Shown in pieces: positions 1 through 12,374 of a DNA stretch of 64,000 nucleotides (position 1 is its first letter; each line of letters opens with the position of its first letter). Origin of the DNA: Octopus sinensis (Eukaryota); assembly GCF_006345805.1 (NCBI RefSeq), contig NC_043006.1, positions 38,564,001-38,628,000 on the forward strand, read 5' to 3'. The notes below the pieces were generated by a model. It did no database searches and was not told the origin of the DNA. It saw only the letters and a program-made list of their open reading frames with translations. The position numbers and the translations under genes were made by a program.

Positions 1-107
1 GTATGTAGATAAACAAGTAGATAGATAAACCTAGAAACATGGTACAGGTGTATACATGTATACCTGAGTGAACACATTTATTCACACACACATACACACA
101 CATGCAC

Positions 108-285
108 CTGCATATTTTCATCACACCAGAGGATTTCTTTGCTAGAAGCTGAGCTGTGATATGAAGGTATAACCAAACAGTTGCCAGGGCCAACGTCATT
201 GATTTCATCACTATAGAGTAACCATGGAAATAGCTTATCCCTTTCGAATGACCAATCATTTGCAACAGATATAATAGCAGCGATA
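108..285 (-). CDS. candidate internal coding exon of an unidentified host gene
   Basis: Minus strand: acceptor tttttgtttttag, 178-nt non-repetitive body open in two frames (IAAIISVANDWSFERDKLFPWLLYSDEINDVGPGNCLVIPSY... or SLLLYLLQMIGHSKGISYFHGYS...), donor CAG|gtgcat (weak). No family recognised. Confidence 0.3.
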
Positions 286-289
286 CTAA

Positions 290-628
290 AAACAAAAACA
301 AACTGATAGGAAATGATAGCAACAGTTACAATAATAATAATAATAATAATAAGAAGAAGAAGAAGAAGAGTAATAGCAAGTAACATAATAATATAAGCAA
401 CAGTAACAGCAATGATAGTAAGAGGTGGGGATGACGATATGTATTAATAATAATAATGACAATGGAAACATCGTCAATAGCAACAGGAGCCACAACAACA
501 AGAGCAATAACAATTAAAACAGTATTAAGAAAGGTAACGAGTGTTGCAGTCACAACAGTTACATCTCTTAGTAACAACAACAACAGTAGCAACAACAGTA
601 ACAAGGACATATTAGTAACAACAACAAC
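290..628. repeat. compound (AAT/GAA/AAC/AGT) low-complexity repeat
   Basis: Degenerate trinucleotide runs; source of the poly-L/I/Y ORFs. Confidence 0.85.
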
Positions 629-790
629 AGTGGAGGTGCAATGGCCCAGTGGTTAGGGCAGCGGACTCGCGGTTGTAAGAACGTGGTTTCAATTCCCAGA
701 CCGAGCATTGTGAGTGTTTATTGAGCAAAAGCACCTAATCTCCACCGCTGTACTTTTTCACCACAACTTTTTCTCACTCTTTCTTCCTAC
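629..790 (+). mobile_element. tRNA-derived SINE family C, 5' part
   Basis: Head gtggaggtgcaatggcccagtggttagggcagcggactcgcgg...tttcaattcccagacc with A/B-box-like motifs; related copies at 34630-35008, 47344-47589 and 47590-47752. Confidence 0.75.
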
Positions 791-1339
791 TTCTGCTACA
801 AAGCAGAGGAACTATAGTGTAACCCACTATGATGGTGTGGTAAACTTTCAGACCCCAGTCTAGATGGTGAATCCTCTGTACCACAGGATGGTTCAGCTCT
901 CCACCCGTTAAAAAGCCACCGTTTACGGAGTAAGGATAACAACGTAGCTTTTGTGCCCATGCAACTGCCAGTCTATCGCATGTGGTGGATGGATTTTGAA
1001 GTTGCCGCACGCATTCTTAGTAGCTTAGAGCAGGCTCGAATTAGAGATTATTCTTTGTGGCTAATGGCGTGAGTCCTGACAGGAAGTGGAAGAAGAAGAA
1101 GAAGAAGAAGAAGAAGAAGAAGAAGACAACAACAGTAACATTATAGTAAAACCTGATGCTACAACTGTAACAACAACAAAAGTGGCAACATAGTAACAAC
1201 AGTAACATCATAGTAACAACAGTGGCTACTGGTGTAACAACAATGGCAGCAATTACATTGGTGACAAATTTAGTAACATGAACAATAACAACTGCAAAAT
1301 CCAAAACGGTTCTGAAGTATTCATTTCATGTTTATTTGT

Positions 1340-1710
1340 TTTAAATGGTACCATACGAGCGTGATTGTTGCCAGAGCAACAGGTTGACCTCTGTGCCGGT
1401 GGCATGTAAAAAGCACCATTCGAGCGTGGTCATTGCCATTGCTGCTGGACTGGCTCCTGTGCAGATGGCACACAAAACGCACCATTTGAGCGTAGCCGTT
1501 GCCAATGTCGCCTGACTGGCTCTTGTGCAAGTGGCACGTAAAAGCACCCCTACACTCTCAGAGTGGTTGGTGTTAGGAAGGACATCCAGCTGTAGAAACT
1601 CTGCCAGATCAGATTGGAGCCTGGAGCAGCCATCTGGTTCGCCAGTCCTCTGTCAAATCGTCCAACCCATGCTAGCACGGAAAGCGGACGTTAAACAATG
1701 ATGATGATGT
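1340..1710 (+). mobile_element. RTE LINE 3' tail / RTE-tailed SINE with about three 66-bp units
   Basis: Ends ...gtccaacccatgctagcacggaaagcggacgttaaacaatgatgatgatg, matching the 3' end of the LINE at 29040-29200. Confidence 0.8.
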
Positions 1711-2270
1711 AGTGTATGAATTGAGGAAAATTTGACTGCTGTTTCTAGCATCCTGAGTAACCATGAGCCCCCAAAGAAGTTGAGGTGGGCAAATATGGCA
1801 ACAGTTTCAGGATTCAACTTTAGCATTTAAACCGGCTGTATCTAGCATAAATATATTCTGCCTGCTCTACGTTCAAACTGGCTTGATCTGGCCTCTCACA
1901 CGTGCTGCAATGCCATCATAAAACTAAAGCAATCACCTCATTTAAAATCTTGAAGCAATGAGGTAATTGCAAGATTAATTTCAAATAATCATCATCAACA
2001 TCGCCACCATCATCATAATTAACATCATCATCATCATCATCAGACACCAGACACAAACAAGCATTCTTAAAAAGAATGTATACTGGGGGCAATTTGTTGG
2101 ATTAAAATTCTTCAAGGTGGTGCCCCAGCATGGCCACAGTCTAATGAGTGAAACAATTAATAGATAAAAGATAAGAATTGGTCCACAGGAGCAGAGTGGG
2201 TTTTGAGGTGAGCTGGAATACACCAGAAAATTCAGAAAACTGAAGTGCACACACACACACATGTATATAT

Positions 2271-2486
2271 AAGAAGGGGTGCTGGAAAGTTCCTGGCCTA
2301 GGGTTAAAGAAAGTTCAGAAGCGTCAGTTAATTATGATTTTATCCAACATATTCACCTCTCAGATTCACACAGTTATTGAAGCAGTTCTTCAGGTTTTCT
2401 AAGCCCTGTAAAAGAACTTGGAAATGGGCCTCCAGCCAGATCTTTCCTGATGCCCTTAAAGTCAGGAACTTTTCAGCACATCTTCA
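2271..2486. mobile_element. Tc1/mariner-type MITE
   Basis: TIRs gaaggggtgctggaaagttcctgg / ggaacttttcagcacatcttc, TA flank; same family at 24600-24797 and 25000-25203. Confidence 0.7.
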
Positions 2487-3314
2487 TATGTGTGTGTGTG
2501 TGTGTGTGTGTATGTGTGTGCCCCTGTTTTGATATTACATGATGGCCGTAAGAGATGTTGTTTGTATGCAACCTTCTGTAAAAACATGAATGGCCATGAG
2601 ATATATTACTTTGCTTGGAAGTAGGTGAAGGTTGGCAACAGGAAAGGCTCCTGGCTGTGAAAAATCTGCCTCAACAACTTTCATCTCATCCAGACGTGCA
2701 TAGAAAAGTGAATATTAAATGGTGCGACAATGATGATGATGATGATGTTGATAGGAGCTTCAAGATTTGTCACTTATACATACTTACACATGTACATGTG
2801 TGCGTGCATGTGTGTGTTTACACGCGAGCACGCACATACACACACACACACATATATATATATATGCATATATATATATTTTTTGTTTTTTTTTGTACTT
2901 ATTTCAGTCATTTGACTGCGGCCATGCTGGAGCACCGCCTATATATGTATTTGTACAAGGGTGAGTCAAAAATTAATGCCATTTTGTTTAGGACAGGTAT
3001 AATTGCCAACACAGGAACATGTATCATACATCAAAATGAAACTGGTCCTCTATGGATCACAGCCCTACTTCTCAACATAGTCACTGTTTCTCTCAATAAA
3101 AATAGAATTTATGGTAGCAGCTGTCTTTCAAGGTTCATATTGTCGTTGAATGCTCAAAATGAGGAGTAGATAGACAGCCAACAACTGATGAAGGGTCCTG
3201 TCTCTGTGTTTACTCGTCTTATTTTCCTTTTTTCCCCTGTTGTTTATGTATTTCATGTTATTTGTACAGTTGGTGACATCCTGTACCTATATATGCATGT
3301 GTGTGTGTGTGTAT

Positions 3315-3365
<51 letters not shown>

Positions 3366-3679
3366 ATATATATTATTTATTATATATATTATATATTATT
3401 TATTATATATTTATATATATATATTATTTATTATTTATTATGCAATGCATCCATTTCCAAGTAAGATTATATTCACTGTTTGATTTGCCTAATAGTGGTT
3501 TTATCTCTAATTTAATATAATATATATATATATATATACATAGGCAAAGTGGCTGAGTTCTTTCCAAGCATTGAGCCTCAAAGAGACAATGTGGCCATGT
3601 TCCTTTTGTGTGTTGGGCCTCACATACGCAAAGCAGCTGAGTTCTTTTTGAGTGTTGAACTTCATGGAGGCAACGACTG

Positions 3680-3955
3680 AGACCTTTGGCATTATGTCGT
3701 GCTTGAGAAGAAGACCAATCAAGCCGAGGAAAATCACAGTCATGGCAGATATTGGTGTCATGCAAATGGCACCCATGCCAGTGGTACGTAAAAGCACCCA
3801 TTACAGTCTCTGAGTGGTTGGCATTAGGGAGGTCATCCAGCCGTAGAAAACCATGCTAAGTCAGACTGGAGTCTGGTGCAGCCTTCCAGCTTAATAGTCC
3901 TGGTCAAACTGTTCAACCCATGGTAGCATGGACAACAGACATATGATGATGATAT
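3680..3955 (+). mobile_element. RTE LINE 3' end, divergent subfamily
   Basis: gagacctttggcattatgtcgtgcttgagaagaagacc resembles the ORF2 end (RDLW..AVLEKT); standard tail ending (GAT)n then (TA)n. Confidence 0.7.
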
Positions 3956-4766
3956 ATATATATAATGCATTAAAAGTCAGTTTTAATCTTGCTTGCTTGC
4001 AATGTTACTCAGTGAAAATGGTGCATAATGAGAAAATGCTATGAATTAAGTTTACCCTGAAATGTTAATACAAATCGAATGAAACAATTTTCGCATAAAT
4101 GAGTAGAGTAGTTTTCAAGATATTAGAGATTTTCAAGGTATAAATACCCAAAACAATGAATAATGGGAAAAGGTCCTGAAAATAATCTTCATCTTGAAAG
4201 GGAAGAAACTCTTATCTTTCTTTTAGACAGTGAGTTGACAACGAAACAATACGATTCTTTTTTACAATTTCTACTTTCACTTTTGTTAAGCACAATATTT
4301 TAATCCTTTAGAAATATTTTTAAGTGAATGTGATTTCAAAAATGTAAGTTGTTTGTACAGTAAGTATTTATATTTTAACTTTCTTTAAACAGACAATATT
4401 TTAATGTTTTTAAAAACATTTTTCAAGTGAATACCATTACAAAAATTTTTTATGGCATATTTAAAAAATATTCTACAGTGAAAATGACTTTAAAAATACG
4501 GTAGTATCTCATAAAAGACCCTTCCGTAACCTGAGTGTGAAACAGTGGTTTCGAGTGCATTCAACGTATCTCATCTCCAATGATTTGGTTGCTATTTCTA
4601 GCATGCCCTGCTACCATGTAACAGCTCTTTGTGATAAAGCATCTGAAATATCTGTTATGTGGTAGCAGGGCATATAAGAAATAGCAGCTAAATCTTTCCA
4701 ACCCACAAAACAAAACTCTGTTGCTGGAAGACTCAGTTTTTCCCGGTGACCTAACAGGTAGTCTAG

Positions 4767-4798
<32 letters not shown>

Positions 4799-5000
4799 TA
4801 TATATTCATGTATGTATACATATATATAAATGCTTATATATAAATGTATGAATGAGTTGTACCTGTAAGTCAAAGGGCCAGCTTTGTCACATTCTGTGTC
4901 ATGGGGAATCTTCCTGAGAACTATGTGAAAGGATATGTACAGATGACGGTGGAGTGCTCAGCCAATTGCATGTGTGTATGTGTGTGTGTGCATGTGTGTG

Positions 5001-5046
<46 letters not shown>

Positions 5047-5048
<2 letters not shown>

Positions 5049-6329
5049 CATCATAGTCGTCGTTTAACGTTCACTTTCCACGCTGGCATGGATTGGATGG
5101 CTTGACTGAGGGCTGGCGAGCCAGAAGCCAGCACTATGCGCCAATCTGATCTGGCAAAGTTTCTACAGTTGGATGCCCTTCCTAACACCAACCAATCCAA
5201 GAGCATAGTGGGTGCTTTTACGTTCGATCGGCAGGAGGGCCAGTCAGGTGGTAATGGCATCAGCCACGCTCAAATGGCGCTTTTTACATACCACCTGCAC
5301 AGGAGCCTGTCCAGTGGCACTGGCAAGGACCACACTCAAATGGTGTTTTTTATGAGCCACCTGCGCAGGAGCCAGTCCAGTGGGACTGGCAATGACCATG
5401 GTCAAATGGTGTTTTTTATGATCCACCTGCACAGGAGCCAGTCCAGTGGGACTGGCAATGACCATGGTCAAATGGTGTTTTTTATGATCCACCTGCACAG
5501 GAGCCAGTCCAGTGGGACTGGCAATGACCATGGTCAAATGGTGTTTTTTATGAGCCACCTGCGCAGGAGCCAGTCCAGTGGGACTGGCAATGACCATGGT
5601 CAAATGGTGTTTTTTTATGATCCACCTGCACAGGATCCAGTCCCGTGGGACTGGCAATGACCATGGTCAATGGTGTTTTTTATGATCCACCTGCACAGGA
5701 GCCAGTCCAGTGGGACTGGCAATGACCATGGTCAAATGGTGTTTTTTATGATCCACCTGCACAGGAGCCAGTCCAGTGGGACTGGCAATGACCATGGTCA
5801 AATGGTGTTTTTTATGAGCCACCTGCGCAGGCCAGTCCATGGACTGGCAATGACCATGGTCAAATGGTGTTTTTTATGATCCACCTGCACAGGAGCCAGT
5901 CCAGTGGGACTGGCAATGACCATGCTCGAATGGTGTTTTTTATGTGCCACCGGCATAGGAGCCATTTAGGCAATGCTGGCAACAATCATGCTTGAATGGT
6001 GCTTTTTACGTACCACTGGCATGGGAGCCAGTCAGTGGCCCTGGCAACAATCACGCTCGAATGGTACTTTTAACGTTCCGCTGGCACAGGTGCGAATCAG
6101 GTGGTACAGTTATCAGCCATGACAACGATTTCACTTGCTTCAACAGGTCTTCACAAGCGTAGTTTATTGTCCAATGATTGAAGGGTACTCTTAAATAGGC
6201 TGGTTATACAGCACTGGCATAGACCACGGTTATGGTCTCATTTGGCTTCCTGGGTCTTCTCAAGCACAGCTTATCTCCAAAGATCTCGATCACTTATCAT
6301 TGCCTCAGTGAGGCCCAATGAAGGTTGTG

Positions 6330-6330
<1 letters not shown>
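5047..6330 (-). mobile_element. 5'-truncated RTE LINE 3' end containing an expanded 66-bp minisatellite
   Basis: Reverse complement of 6250-6330 resembles the ORF2 C-terminus (GLTE..SDRDLW..AVLEKT); standard (GAT)n tail at 5047-5200. Confidence 0.8.
5205..6110. repeat. 66-bp tandem array, about 13 units (9 nearly identical, 5371-5960)
   Basis: Unit starts at 5239, 5305, 5371, 5437, 5503, 5569, 5636, 5701, 5767, 5831, 5895, 5961, 6027. Confidence 0.95.
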
Positions 6331-6360
<30 letters not shown>

Positions 6361-6420
6361 CATGTGTGTGTTTTGATATATATATATATATACATTATTA
6401 ATATTGTTTATATATATATA

Positions 6421-6785
6421 CTAGCAGTAGCGCCCGGCGTTGCTCGGGTTTGTAAGGGAAATAACTATAAAGCATTTTTAGAGAGTTATAGCCAAAAAAT
6501 AGCCAAAAATGCATTAAAAATGGGAAAAAATTATGGTAAATTTTTTTTAAATCGTTGACTCATCGTAGACATTTTTAGAGAGTTACTTCCCTTGCATTAA
6601 AATGGAAAAAAATGATGGTAAATTATTTTTAAAATCGTAGACGCGCGCTTATACCCAGAAGGGCTCGATATGAATCACGACTATAAGATACCCGGTTTTG
6701 GTTAAACTGCACCGCAAAATGTGGGAGTAGTTAGGAATCTAAATCGGAGTAGACAGACACACAACCTTTCTTTTATATATAAAGA
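6421..6785 (-). mobile_element. non-autonomous Helitron (H1)
   Basis: Minus strand A|TC...cccgagcaacgccggg (hairpin) cgctactgCTAG|T; no TSD. Confidence 0.8.
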
Positions 6786-6796
6786 TATATGTATAA

Positions 6797-7075
6797 ATGA
6801 AGGTGCATGGCTTAGTGGTTAGTCCATTCGGTTCATGATCGTAAGGTTGTGAGTTCATTTCATGGTGACTTGTGTCCTTGAGCAAGACACTTTATCTCAC
6901 ATTGCTCCAGTCCACTCAGTTTATCTGTATTTCAAAGAGCCAGCCTTGTTTCACACCATGTCATGCTAAGGATCTGTGGAATGCTCAGCCACTTGCACAT
7001 TAATTTCACAAGTAATCTATTCTGTTGATCGTATCAGCTGGGGCTCTCGTCATCGTAACTGACGGAGTGCTCCGT
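6797..7075 (+). mobile_element. tRNA-derived SINE (gtgtccttgagcaagacact core), family C tail
   Basis: Head ggtgcatggcttagtggttag...gtgagttc; related copies at 41790-42180, 44240-44568 and 49845-49975. Confidence 0.7.
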
Positions 7076-7083
7076 TTTTTAAC

Positions 7084-7114
<31 letters not shown>

Positions 7115-7127
7115 CAACAACAACAAC

Positions 7128-7181
<54 letters not shown>

Positions 7182-8319
7182 TATAATTAAAAAATAAAAA
7201 AGACTTTCAAAGTCGCTTTTCTCCGTAACTTATCAAGCCTTTCGTTTTATTTACAAAATGATATGTATATGCATATATATATATACACATGTATATACAC
7301 AGTCACACATATATAATATGTCTCCACAAATATACATATGTATATAAGAATACATATATCTATGCATACACATATGCAATGGACTTGTCTACCAAATTCC
7401 ACCAAAAATTTACCGAAGTCAAACTATTTTAGTTTCAGTAATTTAGCTTAAAACTTCTTAACATTCCTGGCTAGAATTATTTCCTATTTCAGTGCCATTC
7501 AATGCATAAAAATGGTTATAACAAGTGGTGAATGCATGAATTTATGATCACAATGTCACAGCTTAATAACACTAAATGAATATTTTAAAACATCTCTAGC
7601 AGATGATTGAAACAGAATCTTTGAGTAAGAAGAAGATGTCGCCAAACAGTCTCTCTATCTGATAATTCCATATTTTATTTTACATTTTGTGAATAATAAC
7701 TTCATTTGTTACAGGTTTTTAACAGGTCAATCACAGGTTCATTGCATTTCTGATAATCAAAGTAACAAAAGATTTTATGCACAACTTGAGTGGAACAAAT
7801 ACTAAACAAAAGAATTTGGTTCCTCAAAATACTGACATATAAGTTTCCTTGGTGAATTTTTACATTTTTCACCAATATTTTCATCACAAAAAGATATATG
7901 TATGTATTAAAAAAAGACTATACATGGTTATTTTTCCTGAAGTGCAGACTGTTTAGGACTTGTGACAGATACATTACATCATACTTGGAAGGTTGTGTAT
8001 TTGCAATCTAAGAGTGATTGCAACAAAATATCTAAGGAACCAAAGAGACAGTGAAGCACTTGGACACTGAAGAAACAACTGAAAATGTAATTGTCACATT
8101 TCTGCGGAAGATATCAGACATGAGCTCAGCAGCAGCTTCCCAAAAATGTCATCAAAGTACTACCTCTCAATACGACAGGGTGTCTATCAACTAATTTCCA
8201 TTTACAAGTCATTGAACAATCCAAGACTATGGTAGAAGATACTTGCTCAAGGTGCAAAGCCATAAGATCAAAGTCAGATCTGTTTGTGCTCAGCTCGTAT
8301 AAATAGATGTAAAAAAAAG

Positions 8320-8476
8320 ATGTGACTGTGTGGTAAGAAGTTTGTTACCCAACCACATGGTTCTGGGTTCAGTCCCACTGCATGGTACTTGGGCAAGTGT
8401 CTTCTACTATAGACTTGGGCTCACCAAAGCCTTGTGAATGTATTTGGTAGATGGAAACTGAAAGAAACCTGTCTTA

Positions 8477-8538
<62 letters not shown>

Positions 8539-8763
8539 GTCTATGTGTGCATTTTTTTGTCTGTGTTTGCTCTCCACTGCCACTTGACAACCAGTGTTGG
8601 TGTGTTTACATTCATGTAACTTAGAGGTTTGGCAAAAGAGATCAATAGAATAAGTACTAGTCTTAAAATAAAAGTTCTGGGGCTGATTCATTTAACTAAA
8701 AGTTCTCCAAGATGGTGCCCCAGTATGGCCATCGTCTCATGACTAAAACAATTAAAAGATAAG
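8320..8763 (+). mobile_element. tRNA-derived SINE family A (dominant family)
   Basis: Head gtgtggtaagaag...gggttcagtcccact, core cttgggcaagtgtcttctactatag, internal (TA)n, tail ggtgccccagtatggcc...gactaaaaca. Confidence 0.85.
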
Positions 8764-8887
8764 GGACACAAGTAAGCTATAAACATATACTGCAGAGGCA
8801 TAGTGACTGTGGTTAAGATGCTTGATGATAGATGATAAGCTTAGGAGATTAAACCTCACATAATCATTCTCATCATTCTACATTTGA

Positions 8888-9400
8888 ATCATCATCGTTT
8901 AACATCCGCTTTCCATACTGGCATGGGTTGGACAGTTTGACTGAGGACTGGTGAGCCAGGAGGTTGTACCAGGCTCCAATATGATCTGGTAATGTTTCTA
9001 CAGCTGGATGCTCTTCCTAACACCAACCACTGAGAGTGTAGTGGGTGCTTTTTACATGCCACTGGCACAGGAGCCAGTCAGGCAGCACTGGCATTGGCCA
9101 CATTCAGATGGTGCTTTATACATGCCACCGGTATGGAGAGCCAGTCAGGGGCACTGGCAACGACCCACGCATGAATGGTGCTTATTACATGCCACTAGCA
9201 TGGGAGCCATTTAGGTAGCACTGGCATCGGCCACAACTACAATTTCATTTTATTGTGATTCGATTTTGATTTTGATTTTACTTGACTCAATAGGTCTCCT
9301 CAAGCACAAAATGTCACCCGACGATTCAAAGGTATTTTTAAATGGGCTGGTTATGTGACACTGGTGTAGGCTATGGCTGTGATCTCACTTTACTTGCCAG
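8888..9400 (-). mobile_element. RTE LINE 3' tail with three 66-bp units
   Basis: catcatcgtttaacatccgctttccatactggcatgggttgg... is the reverse complement of the LINE tail. Confidence 0.8.
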
Positions 9401-11550
9401 GTCTTCTCAATCAATATTCCCATTAATAGAGATGAAGATTTCAGTCTCATCACTCATCACTTGAAAAACAACACAGAAAACCAGCAAACATTGGTGTTGT
9501 ACAGGACATGTATTCTGAGTATGAATTTTATGCATGAATGATCTTCTTGTCACTGACTAGTGTAAACGCTGCTTAGATTAGTATACCTGGCTGACAAATC
9601 AGGCTCTACTTCTTACTTCATAGTGGAATGGTTAACAGTAAGAACATTTATTATTTGTAAAAACAATAACTCAAACAAATATTAATATAAAAAAAACACA
9701 CACACAAAAATAAACATGATTATAAAATAATCCCAGCTATTTGTATTCAAGGCATCAGGAAATTAAATGATTCTGAAGATGCTAAATGAATTTTTCATCA
9801 TTTTTTTTTCATGTATCAAAACTTCTGATTCACGAACTTTGAAATTATGAATTAGTGATGTAAATGCTTTTCCCAACAGCATTGAAATGGAAATATGACT
9901 GTCTACTCAACTAATTTTTTGCTAGAATTTCCATTTTATATTTTTGCTTGTTAGTTTTTCAAGAGATTTATCTTAGACTTGTCTCACAATGCTATACTAA
10001 AATGATAGCTATTTCAATTCATATCCTTTAAATTCAATTTTAATTCCAAATTCTGAAGATTAACTTTCATTCTTATAATAAAAAATTAATGATAAAATTC
10101 GAAATTTATCTTCTGGATTTGAACTGTCTTTCTGGCATTGTTTTTCTAACACTGTTGGTGGTGTGTGACCATTTAAAACAGCAAAAACTCAAATACAATA
10201 ATTCTCATCTGTTTTTAGAATTATATTAATTAATTCATGAAGAGAAAAATAAGTTCCCAAAATAATTATCTCCCTAAGATAATAGCAACAATGCTACTCT
10301 TGCTCATACTAGAATTTGGCCAACAAACAACATTAAAATATACAGACACATTTGATTAAAATAAATTCTGCGTGGTTAAATTTTTCTCAACAATGGAATC
10401 TAACCTTTTAGTATTTACAAAATCTGTGAGTTATAGTGTTAAACTACACTCCTCAATGTCTAAAAGCAATTCCAATTCCAAAATATTTTGGCCCATCTGA
10501 CAGGATATTAAAAGGAAATGAACTTCAGAGGGCAAGCTACTTGGCTGAAAAGTGGTTCATATAAAATTCTATTTCTTTAGTGAAGGAGTGCACTCTTTAG
10601 TCTTAGAGATAAAGGAAGTCTGGTGTAGTAGGAAAGCTGCTGGATACCAGAGTCTATGAGACTAATACTTTTATAGAAATACGCATACAGATGTTCATAA
10701 ACAAACTTACAAATACAAAAAAGACACGTACATCTAAGAAGACAGTGGAACAAAGTAAATGGAATTGTCTTCAATCAGACATACTAACAGACAAGACATA
10801 AACAAATATTTCTAATAAATATACATCAGCATGTATACATGTACACACATACACAATCATATAGATATGTACATATACATACATGCATAAATACATTCCT
10901 ACATACATATATATATACATACATACATATACATACATACATACATACATACATACATACATAGATATATACACACACATGCACACACACATGCACACAC
11001 ACTCACTCACCATACACACAAATAGATAGAAAGGTAGATAAATACATAGGTAGATAGAAAGCCATATGCATGCACAGACATCAACAAAAAACAAATGTGT
11101 GTAGGTGTGTACATGCGTTTGCACATGCATATATGAACACATTCATACAATACATAAACACAGTATTGCCAAATGTTTGACAACTTCACTTTGAAATTAT
11201 GAAGCACGAGGCTTGATTTCAATCTGTGGAATCTTGAGCAAGTGTCTTTTACTATAATCTCAGAGTGACCCAAAGCCTTATGAATGAAACTGGTCAGGCT
11301 AAACCTTGTGGAAGCCTGTTGAACGGATTGCTACTGTTATTCAAAGATTCACTTGTAGCAGTGATTCATTACTTAATGACTTGTTAACTGGTCATACATC
11401 ACAATTGAGTCACAGCAGAAAATTCCTATTTGTAAATCTCCCAAAGTGAGATATTCAGCAACAGTTCTTTGTAGTAAAGATTGTTTGCCAACCATAACAT
11501 GGATCTACTTCAGAAATTTCACAGTGTTAGTTGAGGTAATAATAATTAAT

Positions 11551-11619
11551 TACATAAAGTGGTGTCTCACTAAAGATTCACCCGAACTGAAGCTGTTTAG
11601 CGAGACACCACTTTATGTA
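11551..11619. other. 69-nt hairpin (24-bp arms, 21-nt loop)
   Basis: tacataaagtggtgtctcactaaa ... tttagcgagacaccactttatgta, one mismatch (a G-U pair on the minus strand). Confidence 0.9.
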
Positions 11620-12044
11620 TGGTTGTACTTGATGTGACCCAACTGCGAAATGGATGCAATGTAACATGATGCATGGAGTGCCACTCATAAGGGACAGTAG
11701 CAGGGTGGGTTGAAACAGTCGTTGTATAAAACAAAGACTAATATCATATCCATCTCTTTTTCTCTTCAGCAATTTTATTTTTGGATCTTCTATATTATAA
11801 TTGAAGAATTTTCCTCCGTCTGGCTGTTTTTCTCTCTACATAATGGAAAGTTGCATCGTGGAACAGTCATTTTAACGAGTTTTTTAAATTTATTTATTTA
11901 TCACTCGACGAAACACATCTGCACCACCAAGTACTCCTGAACCAGTTGTTGAGTGTCCCACAAGAAGAATCCATGCTAGATGTGGCGAATCAATTGTGAT
12001 TAATAAAATATTCTCATATATTCCATCTTCTGTCTTTCATTTGT

Positions 12045-12115
<71 letters not shown>

Positions 12116-12120
<5 letters not shown>

Positions 12121-12235
12121 TCACAAAAACTGTTACTCAGAGTTTCACATTTCCATTCATCAGACAGTTTTGTCAAAACAAAACTGTCTGATGAACGGGA
12201 ACGTGAAACACTGAGTAACAGTTTATGTGAACTTT
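12116..12235. repeat. foldback with a hammerhead motif in each arm (Penelope-like/retrozyme type)
   Basis: 58-bp arms, 4-nt spacer. Confidence 0.85.
12181..12224 (+). ncRNA. minimal type I hammerhead ribozyme motif
   Basis: aaactgt CTGATGA acg-ggaa-cgt GAA ac-actga-gt A acagttt; 7-bp stem I, 3-bp stem II with GNRA loop, GUA cleavage triplet. Mirror copy on minus strand at 12127-12170. Confidence 0.75.
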
Positions 12236-12374
12236 ATGCTGCATTTTAATAATGCATATTACTCTACCTCTGGTATTTGAGTACTATTTTTTCCACCTTG
12301 TTTCGCATTTATGTGCTTACTCTGGTGTGTGTGTGTGTATGTATGTATGTATGTTTATGTATGTATATCATTAA

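Noticed and set aside
629-702. tRNA genes at SINE heads (also 35678-35799)
   Set aside because: No complete acceptor stem, and each continues directly into a repeat body.
3180-3215. ctgatgaaggg (and ctgatgag at about 50186) as hammerheads
   Set aside because: Stem II and the downstream core cannot be assembled.
5136-5879. ORFs with 22-aa repeats; CRISPR-like appearance of the 66-bp array
   Set aside because: Unit length is a multiple of 3 by chance within a retroelement UTR; there are no unique spacers and no cas genes.
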